Shown: in pieces, positions 38,169 to 50,413 of the stretch | Layout of the letters: the number at the start of each line of letters is the position of its first letter | How positions within the stretch are numbered: position 1 is the first letter of the stretch | Source of the DNA: Candidatus Binatia bacterium | GTDB taxonomy: Bacteria; Desulfobacterota; Binatia; HRBIN30 | Direction of reading: 5' to 3' | Assembly: GCA_038245295.1 (NCBI GenBank) | Contig: JBBRSP010000008.1 | Coordinates: 160,001 to 224,000 of the forward strand | DNA length: 64,000 bases | Made by a program: the position numbers and the translations under genes | Notes under the pieces: generated by a model | What the model was told of the DNA's origin: nothing | Databases searched by the model: none | The model's input: the letters and a program-made list of their open reading frames with translations, nothing else

Positions 38169-39098
38169 ATGCACGCGACCGAAACATTTCAACCCTGGCC
38201 TTTCCGCCTGGCCGCACTGACGGCACTCGTCACGTTGCTGCTGATTGTCGTTGGTGGATTGGTCACGAATACGGGATCGGCCCTCGCCGTTCCCGATTGG
38301 CCAACTACGTTTGGGCATAACATGTTCACGTACCCGCCGTCCCAAATGGTTGGTGGAATCTTCTACGAGCACAGCCACCGCTTGCTCGGTAGCCTCGTTG
38401 GTATGCTGACGATCGGCTTATGCTTCACCCTCTGGCGCTTCGAGACACGCCGCTGGGTCCGACGGCTCGGCGTGGTTGCCTTGCTGGGCGTCATCGCACA
38501 GGGCATCCTCGGCGGGATGCGCGTCGTTCTCCTGGAGCATGGCCTCGCCGTGATTCACGGTTGCTTTGCCGAGGCCTTCTTTGGTTTGGCGGTGTCGCTC
38601 GCCGTCGTCACGTCACGAGCCTGGTTCGCGGGGATCTCCATCAACGCCGCCCCCCCGAAGCTGCGCCTGCTGGCGCGGGCGTTGCCCGTCTGTGTCTACA
38701 TCCAGATGGTGCTGGGTGCCTTCGTCACCCACCGTGGCGCCCTCGTATGGTTTCATATCGGCGGGGCTGGCGCCGTACTGGTCCTTGCTGCTTCCCTTGG
38801 GGCGATGATCTTGCCACGTCGTGACGAATCCGTGCGCCTGCGTCGCCCGGCGGCGCTACTCCTCGGCCTGTTGGGTGTTCAGCTGAGCCTCGGATTGGGT
38901 GCCTACCTTTGGCACTTCACGCAATTGTCCGACGGGGTACCTTTCCTAGCCGGGTTGAGCGTACTGGCTCTGCACCGCTTCACCGGCGCGGCCGTGTGGG
39001 CGACCTCGGTCGTCTTGAGCCTGCGCCTCCTGCGCGCCATGGGCAAGGCGGCACACCTCGGTTTCACGGTAGCGGCTCGACCTCAGGCGGTTGCGTAA
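38169..39098 (+). CDS. ctaA: Heme A synthase (COX15/CtaA family)
   Basis: GGLVT.TGS.LAVPDWP, EHSHRL.G, QG.LGG.RV and conserved His residues in TM helices. Confidence 0.9.
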   Translation: MHATETFQPWPFRLAALTALVTLLLIVVGGLVTNTGSALAVPDWPTTFGHNMFTYPPSQMVGGIFYEHSHRLLGSLVGMLTIGLCFTLWRFETRRWVRRLGVVALLGVIAQGILGGMRVVLLEHGLAVIHGCFAEAFFGLAVSLAVVTSRAWFAGISINAAPPKLRLLARALPVCVYIQMVLGAFVTHRGALVWFHIGGAGAVLVLAASLGAMILPRRDESVRLRRPAALLLGLLGVQLSLGLGAYLWHFTQLSDGVPFLAGLSVLALHRFTGAAVWATSVVLSLRLLRAMGKAAHLGFTVAARPQAVA

Positions 39099-39099
39099 G

Positions 39100-40017
39100 A
39101 TGGATACTCGCGAAGTAGCCGCCGACGAGGCTGGACCGTTCAAGCGTATCTCCGACTTTGTCGAACTCGGTAAGCCGCGCGTTGTTCTGATGGTGCTAAT
39201 CACTACGTGGGTCGGCTTCTATCTGGGCAGCAGTGGCCCGCAGGACTTTCTCTTGCTGTTCCCGACCCTGATCGGGACGGGGCTCGCTGCCGCCGGAACT
39301 CTGGCACTCAACGAGTACATCGAGCGCGACATCGATGCCCTGATGCACCGCACACGGTCGCGACCCTTGCCCGACGGACGGGTTCTTCCTGCCGAGGCGC
39401 TCTGGTTCGGCGTGGTGACGACACTGACCGGCCTGGCCTACCTGGCGCTCGCCGTGAATTGGCTCAGTTGCGCCGTGACGGCGTCGATTACCGTCACGTA
39501 CCTCTTCCTCTACACGCCGATGAAACGCACCTCACCGTTCTGCACCCTGGTTGGTTCGGTTCCGGGAGCTCTGCCTCCGGTAACCGGCTGGGCAGCGGCA
39601 CGCGGTGATCTGAGCGTCGAGCCGTGGGTCCTGTTCGCCATCATGTTCCTGTGGCAGCTGCCGCACTCCTTGGCGATCGCTCGTTTGTATCGTGACGACT
39701 ACGCGCGCGGCGGGATTCTGCTGCTGCCGGTGGTCGAACCCGACTCGCACACGACGGCATTGCAAGTCGTCATCAACACGTTCGCCCTGTTGGTTGTCGC
39801 CATGCTGCCCACACTGATCGGTATGGCGGGGCGAATCTACTTCGTGACGGCGTTCCTCTTTGGTCTGCTCTTTCTGTATTACGCGGTCTTGTTCGCGCGC
39901 CATCGCACGGCGCCGGCCGCACGCCGTCTGCTTTTCGCATCACTGATTTATCTGCCGGCGCTGTTTGTCGTCCTGGCACTCGATAAGTCGCCGGTGCTGG
40001 TCCTGATCTCACACTAA
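39100..40017 (+). CDS. ctaB: Protoheme IX farnesyltransferase (heme O synthase)
   Basis: KPRV, N...ERDID..M.RT..RPLP.GR, YTP.KR, GALPP..GW and WQLPH. Confidence 0.95.
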   Translation: MDTREVAADEAGPFKRISDFVELGKPRVVLMVLITTWVGFYLGSSGPQDFLLLFPTLIGTGLAAAGTLALNEYIERDIDALMHRTRSRPLPDGRVLPAEALWFGVVTTLTGLAYLALAVNWLSCAVTASITVTYLFLYTPMKRTSPFCTLVGSVPGALPPVTGWAAARGDLSVEPWVLFAIMFLWQLPHSLAIARLYRDDYARGGILLLPVVEPDSHTTALQVVINTFALLVVAMLPTLIGMAGRIYFVTAFLFGLLFLYYAVLFARHRTAPAARRLLFASLIYLPALFVVLALDKSPVLVLISH

Positions 40018-40053
40018 GCGTCAATCACCGAAGTGCGCGGCCAGCGCCCTTGC

Positions 40054-40728
40054 TCAATCGAACAGCGCCGCCACAATCCCGTCTAGATCGTTGACGGTGA
40101 TTTGCCCGTTACCGTCGACATCCGCAAAGGCGCAGCCGTCACCGGTGACCGTGCCGAGTCGGTGGACAGTCGCCGTAGAATCAGCTGCCGAGCGCTGCAG
40201 ATCACAGTTTGCATCGGCGAAGTTCTCGGCCGCGCGCACGAACACATCAAGGGTGGCGGTTGCGGATTCATCGCCCAGCCTGCTGCCAGTGCCGTTGGCG
40301 CTCAATCCGGCGCCGAAGATTCGGTAATGGCCCTCCTGGGCGGGCGCACGCCATCGGAACAGCCAGGACGTCACGTTATCGATGGCTTGTTTCGGCTCCG
40401 TATGGGTGAGCTCGGCGCCCTCGGTTCGTTCCCCTTCGCCTTCGATGACCTCGAGCGTGCCGCCATTCGCTGCGATGTCGAAGCCGGCGACGAATTGACG
40501 CGGGTTGGTGGATGTCACTGAGAAGAGGAAACTTGCCGTCGAGTTGGTGGCAGCGCCGCGGGGGCCGTCGAACTCAACGTCGGGGACCGACCCCCCGGCG
40601 TGGCAGTTATCGCTGCATGAGTCGCCGCCCTTGCCGGAGTAGCCACCAATCCCGTTGCGTAGCGCGTTGCTCGCGCCACCGAGGAGCACACACAGCCCGA
40701 CAATAAAAATCTGCAGGAGGCTCCTCAC
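40054..40728 (-). CDS. Secreted Reeler-like domain protein with dockerin-like C-terminus
   Basis: Signal peptide, CSDNCH, ELTH.EPK, W.F.W.AP, and D.N.D...DVDGNG...VND Ca-binding-like tail. Confidence 0.62.
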   Translation of the reverse strand: MRSLLQIFIVGLCVLLGGASNALRNGIGGYSGKGGDSCSDNCHAGGSVPDVEFDGPRGAATNSTASFLFSVTSTNPRQFVAGFDIAANGGTLEVIEGEGERTEGAELTHTEPKQAIDNVTSWLFRWRAPAQEGHYRIFGAGLSANGTGSRLGDESATATLDVFVRAAENFADANCDLQRSAADSTATVHRLGTVTGDGCAFADVDGNGQITVNDLDGIVAALFD

Positions 40729-42518
40729 CGCAACACGCAGTGGCCTAACTGGCAGGCACCGGTCGGGGCTTCAAGAACCGGGCAGGGGATCCCGTCGGGG
40801 GCTGCTTCTGTCTGGCAGCCACCCGGCCCGTGGAAGTCATTTGTGCAAACATCGCCGTCGTCGCACAACTCGGTCGGGCAATCCGCAGCATCGGGCAGGC
40901 AATAGGCGCTGATCTGACTCGGCGACAGCGAGGTCTGGTACGCGTCACCCTCTGGATTGCCGCCACGATCGCCCACGCCGGCACCAAAGAAGATTTCGCC
41001 TTCGAACGGCGTAGCGGCTGAGGCGACGGGACCGATCGGTGGAAAGCTGCGCAACAGCCGGCCACTCGCGGCGTCGCGAGCCGTCATTCCCCCGAAGAGA
41101 CTGCCCATGAATGTCACCCCTGGAATTGCCGTCGTCGGCGAGTAGCTGGGTGCCGCCGATCGATCGCTCCATAAGACTTCGCCGTCCGCCAAGTTCAGGC
41201 TCCAGGCCGCCGGCTTCTGCGGCATCTCCAGCGACAGGCCGATGGCGGTGGTGAACAAGATCCTCTCCGGTGTAACGGCGGCGCTGGCGATGATGCCACC
41301 AATGGCCCCGCCAGGCACAACCTTGCGTTGCCAATAGGGTTCGACGCGACCGCTGGCCTGATTCGTACCCTCGCGGTCGAGGACGTAGTAGGTACCATCC
41401 TTGTTGCCGATGCCCAGGACATCGCGTTTGGTGCCGGCGACATCGATGCTGAAGAGATTAGGCAGGGCTCCCCAGGATAGATCGTCGAGATCGATTTCGC
41501 GTGGTCGCCACACCCACACCGGTGTGCCATCGAAGCGCAATGCGAAGACAGCTTCGTCGTATGGCGGCATGGTCGGGCCCGGGATCGGCGTCTCCGGGTC
41601 GTCGTCGGTGTCGCAGTTGCTGGAGGCCGTGAAGATCATGCGACGTTGCGTATCGACGGAAAACGAGGACCACACATTGCCGCACTGGGTGCCGGAGCGA
41701 TCGAAGTTGCAACCCGGGCGCGTGGCAAAGAAGTCGCTGGGGAGACCGAGCTCCGCGGCGCTGTGGTATCCGTCGAAACGGCGGATGCGTTCGTCGGCGC
41801 GTGGCCGACAGGTGGCGCCGGATTCGAGGTCGAAGAACCAGGCCATGTGACCGTCGAGCGCATCGACGGCGTACGCACCACCTTTGCCGCCCTGGTCATT
41901 GGTGTCCATGCCGAAGAACACGAGCCCGTCGACGACCGCCGGCGACGATTCGATCTCGTTGCGTTCGGTGCGCGGCGTACACGTGGTGCACCCGGAGCCG
42001 GCGTCGAACTGCCAGCGCAAAGTGCCATTGGCGGCGGCGAGCGAATACATGGTCATGCCACCGGCGACGAAGACACGTGCCTCACCGCCAACGATCGCCA
42101 GCGCCGCGGACGATGATTCCGGATACGATGCGCCGGGTTGTGGTTTCATCGCGAACTGCCAGAGACGGGAGCCGTTGGATGCACGCAGCGCGTAGAGGTT
42201 GGCGTCCCACGAGGTGACGAAGACGACCTTGATCCGACCCTCGGCCGGGACATCGATGTAGCCGACGGTGGGCGACGCGGTCACGACGGCAGCCGTGCGG
42301 AACAGCCACTTGGGCTGCAGCGTTGCCACGTTCTGGCGTGTGAGGTGGGTCTCCGACGCATTGTAGAAATTCCGGTCGAGCGAGGCCCCGTACGTTGTCC
42401 AGCCGGAGATAGTCGAAGGGGCAGACGCCGCGGAGGGGACTTTGGCTTCCTCTCCGCACGCACCAAGCGCCAGAGCCAAAGCGACGACCATCGCGCGGTA
42501 AACCTTTGCTGAGCGCAA
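40725..42518 (-). CDS. PQQ-like beta-propeller lipoprotein with Cys-rich C-terminus
   Basis: Lipobox LALGAC, W.TYG...RN, repeated YAL.A..G...W blades, SSPAV and CDDGDVCT.D. Confidence 0.8.
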   Translation of the reverse strand: MRSAKVYRAMVVALALALGACGEEAKVPSAASAPSTISGWTTYGASLDRNFYNASETHLTRQNVATLQPKWLFRTAAVVTASPTVGYIDVPAEGRIKVVFVTSWDANLYALRASNGSRLWQFAMKPQPGASYPESSSAALAIVGGEARVFVAGGMTMYSLAAANGTLRWQFDAGSGCTTCTPRTERNEIESSPAVVDGLVFFGMDTNDQGGKGGAYAVDALDGHMAWFFDLESGATCRPRADERIRRFDGYHSAAELGLPSDFFATRPGCNFDRSGTQCGNVWSSFSVDTQRRMIFTASSNCDTDDDPETPIPGPTMPPYDEAVFALRFDGTPVWVWRPREIDLDDLSWGALPNLFSIDVAGTKRDVLGIGNKDGTYYVLDREGTNQASGRVEPYWQRKVVPGGAIGGIIASAAVTPERILFTTAIGLSLEMPQKPAAWSLNLADGEVLWSDRSAAPSYSPTTAIPGVTFMGSLFGGMTARDAASGRLLRSFPPIGPVASAATPFEGEIFFGAGVGDRGGNPEGDAYQTSLSPSQISAYCLPDAADCPTELCDDGDVCTNDFHGPGGCQTEAAPDGIPCPVLEAPTGACQLGHCVLR

Positions 42519-42701
42519 GGTTCTCGGCTATCGCAGCCGGTGGGAAACGTCAAACGATCGAGGACCAGTTTCTGGCAGCGGTACCTGACGCTCACCCGCG
42601 GTCCTGCCAGAGGCTTCGAGACATCACTCGAGGTACACGGTCGTGAGAACTCCCAACGGAGGTGTCGTTGACTCAGGTATGCCCATCGGTTAATTGCGGC
42701 G

Positions 42702-42785
42702 GCAGATTTTTGCTCCGCACAACTGGCGAATACGTGGAATCGACCACGAGGAAGTGCTGATCTGCAGTGCGCCGACCGCCTGGGC
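42702..42785 (+). ncRNA. ZMP/ZTP (pfl) riboswitch
   Basis: P1 GCAC/GTGC (extended by GCAGAT/ATCTGC), conserved ACTGGCG, P2 CGTGG/CCACG, and 3' GCCGACCGCCTGGGC, whose CGCC can pair with GGCG as the pseudoknot. Confidence 0.88.
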
Positions 42786-42816
42786 CTCTGAGTTGTAGAG
42801 GTTCAGGCTTTTTTTT
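42778..42816 (+). terminator. Intrinsic terminator (riboswitch expression platform)
   Basis: 12-bp stem GCCTGGGCCTCT/AGAGGTTCAGGC followed by T8. The 5' arm overlaps the aptamer P3. Confidence 0.88.
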
Positions 42817-42833
42817 GCCGGAGAGGATTTATC

Positions 42834-43985
42834 GTGATCAAGGACTATCTGCTCGCCCCAGGCCCAACACCCGTGCCCGCGCGCGTATTGCTCGCCATGG
42901 CGCACCCCATCATCCACCATCGTACACCGCAATTCAGCGCGGTCTTTGCCGATGCGAAGAACATGTTGAAGAAACTGTTCCAAACCGAGCAGGACGTGTT
43001 GATGCTGGCCGCATCGGGAACCGGCGCGATGGAGAGCGCGGTTACCAACCTCTTCAATCCTGGTGACGAGATTCTTGTCATCAACGCCGGCAAGTTCGGC
43101 GAACGCTGGACCAAAATCGCCGCCAAGTACGGCCTCAAGGTCACCGAGATGAAGCTCGAGTGGGGCACCGCGGCACGTGTTGCTGATGTGCAGAAGGCTC
43201 TCGATGCCAATCCGGCCATCCGCGCCGTGGCCCTACAGGCCAGTGAGACGTCGACGGCTGCCGTGCATCCAGTGGCGGAGATTGCCGCCATTACGCGGCA
43301 GCGCGACGTCCTGTCGATCGTTGACGGCATCACGGCGGTTGGCGTGTACGACCTGCCGATGGACAAGCTTAGCATCGATGTCCTGATCACCGGCTCCCAA
43401 AAGGCGCTCATGCTGCCGCCGGGATTGGCTTTTATTGCGCTGAGTGAGCGTGCCTGGCAACGGACCAAAGAGGCGAAACTGCCGCGCTTCTATTTCGATC
43501 TCAACAAAGAGCGCGAGAATTTGGCGCAAAACACCACCGCGTGGACACCGGCGATCTCCTTGATCATTGGTTTGCGCGAAGCTCTGTCGATGATTTTCGA
43601 AGAGGGCTTGGACAAGGTCTTCGCGCGCCACGCGCGCATGGCCGCGGCGACGCGTGCGGCGGCGAGGGAGCTCGGGCTCAAGCTCGTAGCGCCTGATGCA
43701 CCGAGTCCGGCCGTAACCGGCATCTACGTGCCGGAGGGTGTCGAAGGCGGCAAGCTGGTGTCCTACCTGCGCGATAAGATGGGCGTGACCTTCATGGGCG
43801 GGCAAGACCAGCTCAAGGGCAAGATCGTCCGGATCGGGCACCTGGGTTACATGGGTGCCTTCGACATGGTGACGGCGATCGCGGCGCTTGAGATGGCTCT
43901 GTCTCATTTCGGGCACAAGGTTCCCCTTGGTCGTGGCGTCGGCGCCGCCCAAGAACTTCTGATGTCCGCTCTGCCACCGAGGTGA
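42834..43985 (+). CDS. Class V PLP aminotransferase (alanine-glyoxylate/serine-pyruvate family; probable phosphoserine aminotransferase role)
   Basis: PGPTP, HHR, SGTGAMES, GKFGERW, ETST, GSQKALMLPPGL and RIGHLG; directly upstream of serA. Confidence 0.9.
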   Translation: MIKDYLLAPGPTPVPARVLLAMAHPIIHHRTPQFSAVFADAKNMLKKLFQTEQDVLMLAASGTGAMESAVTNLFNPGDEILVINAGKFGERWTKIAAKYGLKVTEMKLEWGTAARVADVQKALDANPAIRAVALQASETSTAAVHPVAEIAAITRQRDVLSIVDGITAVGVYDLPMDKLSIDVLITGSQKALMLPPGLAFIALSERAWQRTKEAKLPRFYFDLNKERENLAQNTTAWTPAISLIIGLREALSMIFEEGLDKVFARHARMAAATRAAARELGLKLVAPDAPSPAVTGIYVPEGVEGGKLVSYLRDKMGVTFMGGQDQLKGKIVRIGHLGYMGAFDMVTAIAALEMALSHFGHKVPLGRGVGAAQELLMSALPPR

Positions 43986-43988
43986 ATC

Positions 43989-46902
<2,914 letters not shown>

Positions 46903-46984
46903 CGTCCGCCGACCGATTGATACACCAGGATGCAACTTTCGGTTGCAACGTGCGCGAGGCGTTGATAGTCCCCGCAAACGCACA

Positions 46985-47851
46985 ATGTCTGGCACCCTCC
47001 ATCGAACCTCGTCTCTCCTGGTGCGCTTCTGGGGGGTCCGGGGCAGCTATCCAGCCCCTGGGCGATCGACTGCCCGTATCGGCGGTAACTCTTCGTGTGT
47101 CGAGGTCGAAGCGGGCGGACAAACGCTTGTCTTCGATGCCGGCACCGGCATCATCGGGCTGGGAAAGAGCCTGATGAAACGGCGCACCAAGAAGGTGGTC
47201 CACATATTCCTCAGCCACCTGCATCACGATCACATCGAGGGCCTGCGCTATTTCGAGCCCATCTATCGCAGCGACTGGCAGTGCTACATCTACGGACCGC
47301 GCACGGGCACGCCATCGCTGAAGGACACCTTGCGACATACGATGGACGCGCGGTTGTTCCCGGTGGGACTCGATGAACTGAGTGCCCGCCTGTCGATTAT
47401 TCCGGTGGAAAACACCGAGCGCATCGAGCTGCGCGGACGACCGCCACTAGCCGTGACGGCGCAGCACAGTGTGGCACACCCGAAGGTCGGCGTGACGATG
47501 TATAGGATCGAAGCCGCTAACCGGCGGATCGTCTACGCTACCGATGTCGAGGCCCCACGTGGTGGTCTCGAGGACGTGGTTGCCTTTGCCCAGGGGGCCG
47601 ACTTGCTGATCCACGATGCGCAGTACACCGATCATGAGTACTTCAATCCCGGCGCCAACAAGGCTGGGTGGGGGCATAGCACCGTTCGTATGGCCGCCGA
47701 AGCGGCCAAGCAAGCACAGGTGAAGAAGTTGGTTCTGTATCACCACGATCCGTCACACGATGACAAACAGGTCGTCGAGTTGGAGCGACTGGCGAAAACA
47801 CTCTTTCCCGCCACACGAACGGCACGCGAAGGGTTGGAGATCGCCCTTTAG
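46985..47851 (+). CDS. MBL-fold metallo-hydrolase
   Basis: FWGVRGS, GGNSSCV, DAGTG, SHLHHDH, HDAQY, WGHS and HHDP. Confidence 0.92.
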   Translation: MSGTLHRTSSLLVRFWGVRGSYPAPGRSTARIGGNSSCVEVEAGGQTLVFDAGTGIIGLGKSLMKRRTKKVVHIFLSHLHHDHIEGLRYFEPIYRSDWQCYIYGPRTGTPSLKDTLRHTMDARLFPVGLDELSARLSIIPVENTERIELRGRPPLAVTAQHSVAHPKVGVTMYRIEAANRRIVYATDVEAPRGGLEDVVAFAQGADLLIHDAQYTDHEYFNPGANKAGWGHSTVRMAAEAAKQAQVKKLVLYHHDPSHDDKQVVELERLAKTLFPATRTAREGLEIAL

Positions 47852-47876
47852 TTCGACGCGTCGGTGGCCCAAAAAT

Positions 47877-47914
47877 ACAAAGACCCGCACCGGCTGAGCC
47901 GGGCGGGTCTTTGT
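47877..47914. terminator. Bidirectional intrinsic terminator between convergent operons
   Basis: ACAAAGACCCGC-ACCGG-CTGAG-CCGG-GCGGGTCTTTGT hairpin with A and T flanks. Confidence 0.78.
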
Positions 47915-47938
47915 CGTTGGAGGTAGTCTGTTGGTCGA

Positions 47939-48802
47939 TCAGTGATGGAAGACGATTCCCAGCTGCCCGGTTTGCTGCACGCCTAAGGGAGGCTGACCAA
48001 TCAAGTGGGTCGCATCGCCGTCGCTGCCGACGTTGCGCACGACGCCGTTCTCGCTACCGGGGGCGCCACCCGGGGTCACGACGCCGGCACTGGCAACCTT
48101 GACCGAATTGCCGACTGCAATCGCGTGTGAACCACTCAAGCTTTCCGACCGACCCTGGCCGACGAAATCAAATCCATCGATGCGCTGCTTGAAGAACGAA
48201 TCGCTGACACGGCGCGGGGCCGTCGGCAACTGCCCACGGGCAACGGTGGTGCTTTCGTTGGCTGTCACCAGGACGCCGGTCTCGGCGAGGTTGGCGAGGC
48301 TGTGAACATGCACCATACCGGTAATGCCGGTCACTTCGGTGAGCGCGGCCTCGGGATCGTAGACCATGGCGAATTCGGTGCCGCGGACTCCGGCGACGGC
48401 CGTTTCTGTTTTGATCTCATAGGAATTGCCGGGCTTGCCATAGTAGTCGCTGACGATTGCGCCGACCTTGCCCTTGAGCAGACTGAAAGCCGAGTGGGCC
48501 TTGCTGGCACTTGCATCAAAGACCTGATCGTCGACGGTAACCCGGGAATCGTCGCTGACGGTTAGGACGCTGTCGTCCTGGAATACCACCTTGATGCGAC
48601 CCGGCTGCCCGGTGGCGAGTTGATCGCCGAGCTCGACAGGAGCGCCGACCTTCACTTCGATGGCTTGCCCACCGCGCCAGATGAAGGCCGTTCCTTCCGC
48701 GCCGGCTACTGTTCCGACTTCTGCCCATGCCGTCGCTGCCGCGAGGACACAGGCACTGCTGATCGCCGCACGGAACGCTGTCGAGAGAAATTTGTCACGC
48801 AT
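47939..48802 (-). CDS. FecR domain-containing exported protein
   Basis: Signal peptide, GD.L.TG..GR....F.DDS.L.V...S and I.T.TAVAGVRGT.F. Confidence 0.88.
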   Translation of the reverse strand: MRDKFLSTAFRAAISSACVLAAATAWAEVGTVAGAEGTAFIWRGGQAIEVKVGAPVELGDQLATGQPGRIKVVFQDDSVLTVSDDSRVTVDDQVFDASASKAHSAFSLLKGKVGAIVSDYYGKPGNSYEIKTETAVAGVRGTEFAMVYDPEAALTEVTGITGMVHVHSLANLAETGVLVTANESTTVARGQLPTAPRRVSDSFFKQRIDGFDFVGQGRSESLSGSHAIAVGNSVKVASAGVVTPGGAPGSENGVVRNVGSDGDATHLIGQPPLGVQQTGQLGIVFHH

Positions 48803-48805
48803 GAT

Positions 48806-50413
48806 TTAGAACCTCGCTTCCAAGGCAATTGATGCAATCTGTCGATCGTAATCGAACTGGTCCTTATTAGACTGATTCAGCAGTCCAAAATACCCCAGGT
48901 TGAGCCTAAGATGCTCCGTTAGCGGGCGGCTTGCAACCACAATAATGTGGTGTTCCGAGTCGTTGCGTCGCGACCCGAAATATTCGTTGTCGCCGCTGGT
49001 TATGATCGCGCTCGGCTTGGCATAGTGCTCGGTGCGATAGGCGTACTCTGCCGAAGCATCGACCTCGAATGGCAGCGACCACGCGATCCCAGCGCTGACC
49101 TGATGTCCCACATAGGCAAACTTTCTCGGCTGTTCGACGGCATATCGTGCGGGATTTTCCGGCTCGTCCTGATCATACTGATACCCGATCGTAAGAGCCT
49201 TTTGCGGATCGCCGAACAGATTGAATCGCTGGGTGATCCCCGGCGCGTAGTTCCAGCCATCGCGAATTCGGTAGTCGGGTCCTTCCTTGCCGGGGGCCGC
49301 GTTCGAGTCGGGCGGTTTGAGGAAGTCGCGACGCAGAATCCTCGCGAACACCGTTAGTTCGCCCACCGACCCAAAATTGACTCCGGCGTAAGGCTCCAAC
49401 TGGAATTGCCGCAGAAAGTCATCCAACTCGAGTAGGTAATAGTCGTAGCGGACCGTCGCGCCGACGTGGAACGGCTTGAAGAGCAGATCAAGTTGTCCCA
49501 TCGGTTCGTGCTGTTGCAGGTCGAATTGGTGCAATTGAAAGTGCAGGCTCTGGTAGAACTCGTAGCCGACAGTGAGACGGGCCCAGTCGGATCGGCCCAG
49601 GAGGTAGTAGCCGCCAAGATTGATCGTGGCGCGCCCGTCGTCCTGGTGGCTGATGCCCAGGGTGTCGAAAGCGACCTGGGCATCACCTCCGTTATTGGCG
49701 GCCAACACGACGTTGCTGTCGTATTGAAACCCAACCGCGCCGAAGACCTCATAATTGTTGGAGCGGTCGTGGCGGATACGTTCGATGAAGGTGGCGGACT
49801 CCTTGCCGATCGCGCTTGTCGGCCGGCTCGCGAGCACCTGTTCAAAATGCGACGTGGCCGCGTCGAGCTTTCCGTCTTGATACGCGACGACGCCGGCATA
49901 GTAATGCGCCGCCGGCAGGTCCGGGTTGCGGGCCAGTGCCTGGGCGAGGGCTTCGCGTGCTTCAGGCACTTGCCGAAGACGCAGGTGGGCGATGCCTTTG
50001 AACAGGGCCGCCTGAGCTAGGGTATCGTTTTCTTTGGCTTCTCGAAGAGTCCGATCGAGAGGCGCGAGGGCTTCCTCGAAGTGCTGTGTTTCGACCAGGG
50101 CAATTCCGAGATCGAGGGACGCCTGCTCCAGATCAGGTTTTTCCTGCAGCACCTGCCGCAGGTCGGTTACGGCGCCTTCCGGATTACCCAAGCGTGCCCG
50201 GGTTACACCACGGTAGTAGCGGGCATAGGAATCGCTGGGATCGGCCTCGACGGCCTTATCGAAGAGCTTGATCGCTTCATCAAATTTCTCGGCGTGAAAA
50301 GCGACCAGCCCGCGCGAGTAAAGCAGCTTCGACGGTTCCGAGGCTGACGCGACCCCTGCCGCGCACAACCACACCAATCCCACCAACCCCGCCAGCCGTC
50401 GCGCGAACTTCAT
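48806..50413 (-). CDS. TPR-repeat protein with C-terminal outer-membrane beta-barrel (Slam-like architecture)
   Basis: Signal peptide, about 5 TPR units, GFQYDSNV at the barrel start, aromatic beta-strands, NQSN..FDYDR and terminal Phe. Confidence 0.78.
   Translation of the reverse strand: MKFARRLAGLVGLVWLCAAGVASASEPSKLLYSRGLVAFHAEKFDEAIKLFDKAVEADPSDSYARYYRGVTRARLGNPEGAVTDLRQVLQEKPDLEQASLDLGIALVETQHFEEALAPLDRTLREAKENDTLAQAALFKGIAHLRLRQVPEAREALAQALARNPDLPAAHYYAGVVAYQDGKLDAATSHFEQVLASRPTSAIGKESATFIERIRHDRSNNYEVFGAVGFQYDSNVVLAANNGGDAQVAFDTLGISHQDDGRATINLGGYYLLGRSDWARLTVGYEFYQSLHFQLHQFDLQQHEPMGQLDLLFKPFHVGATVRYDYYLLELDDFLRQFQLEPYAGVNFGSVGELTVFARILRRDFLKPPDSNAAPGKEGPDYRIRDGWNYAPGITQRFNLFGDPQKALTIGYQYDQDEPENPARYAVEQPRKFAYVGHQVSAGIAWSLPFEVDASAEYAYRTEHYAKPSAIITSGDNEYFGSRRNDSEHHIIVVASRPLTEHLRLNLGYFGLLNQSNKDQFDYDRQIASIALEARF

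Noticed and set aside
42668..42696. Sigma70-like promoter TTGACT...TAAT upstream of the riboswitch
   Set aside because: The position is plausible, but the -10 match is poor at canonical spacing.
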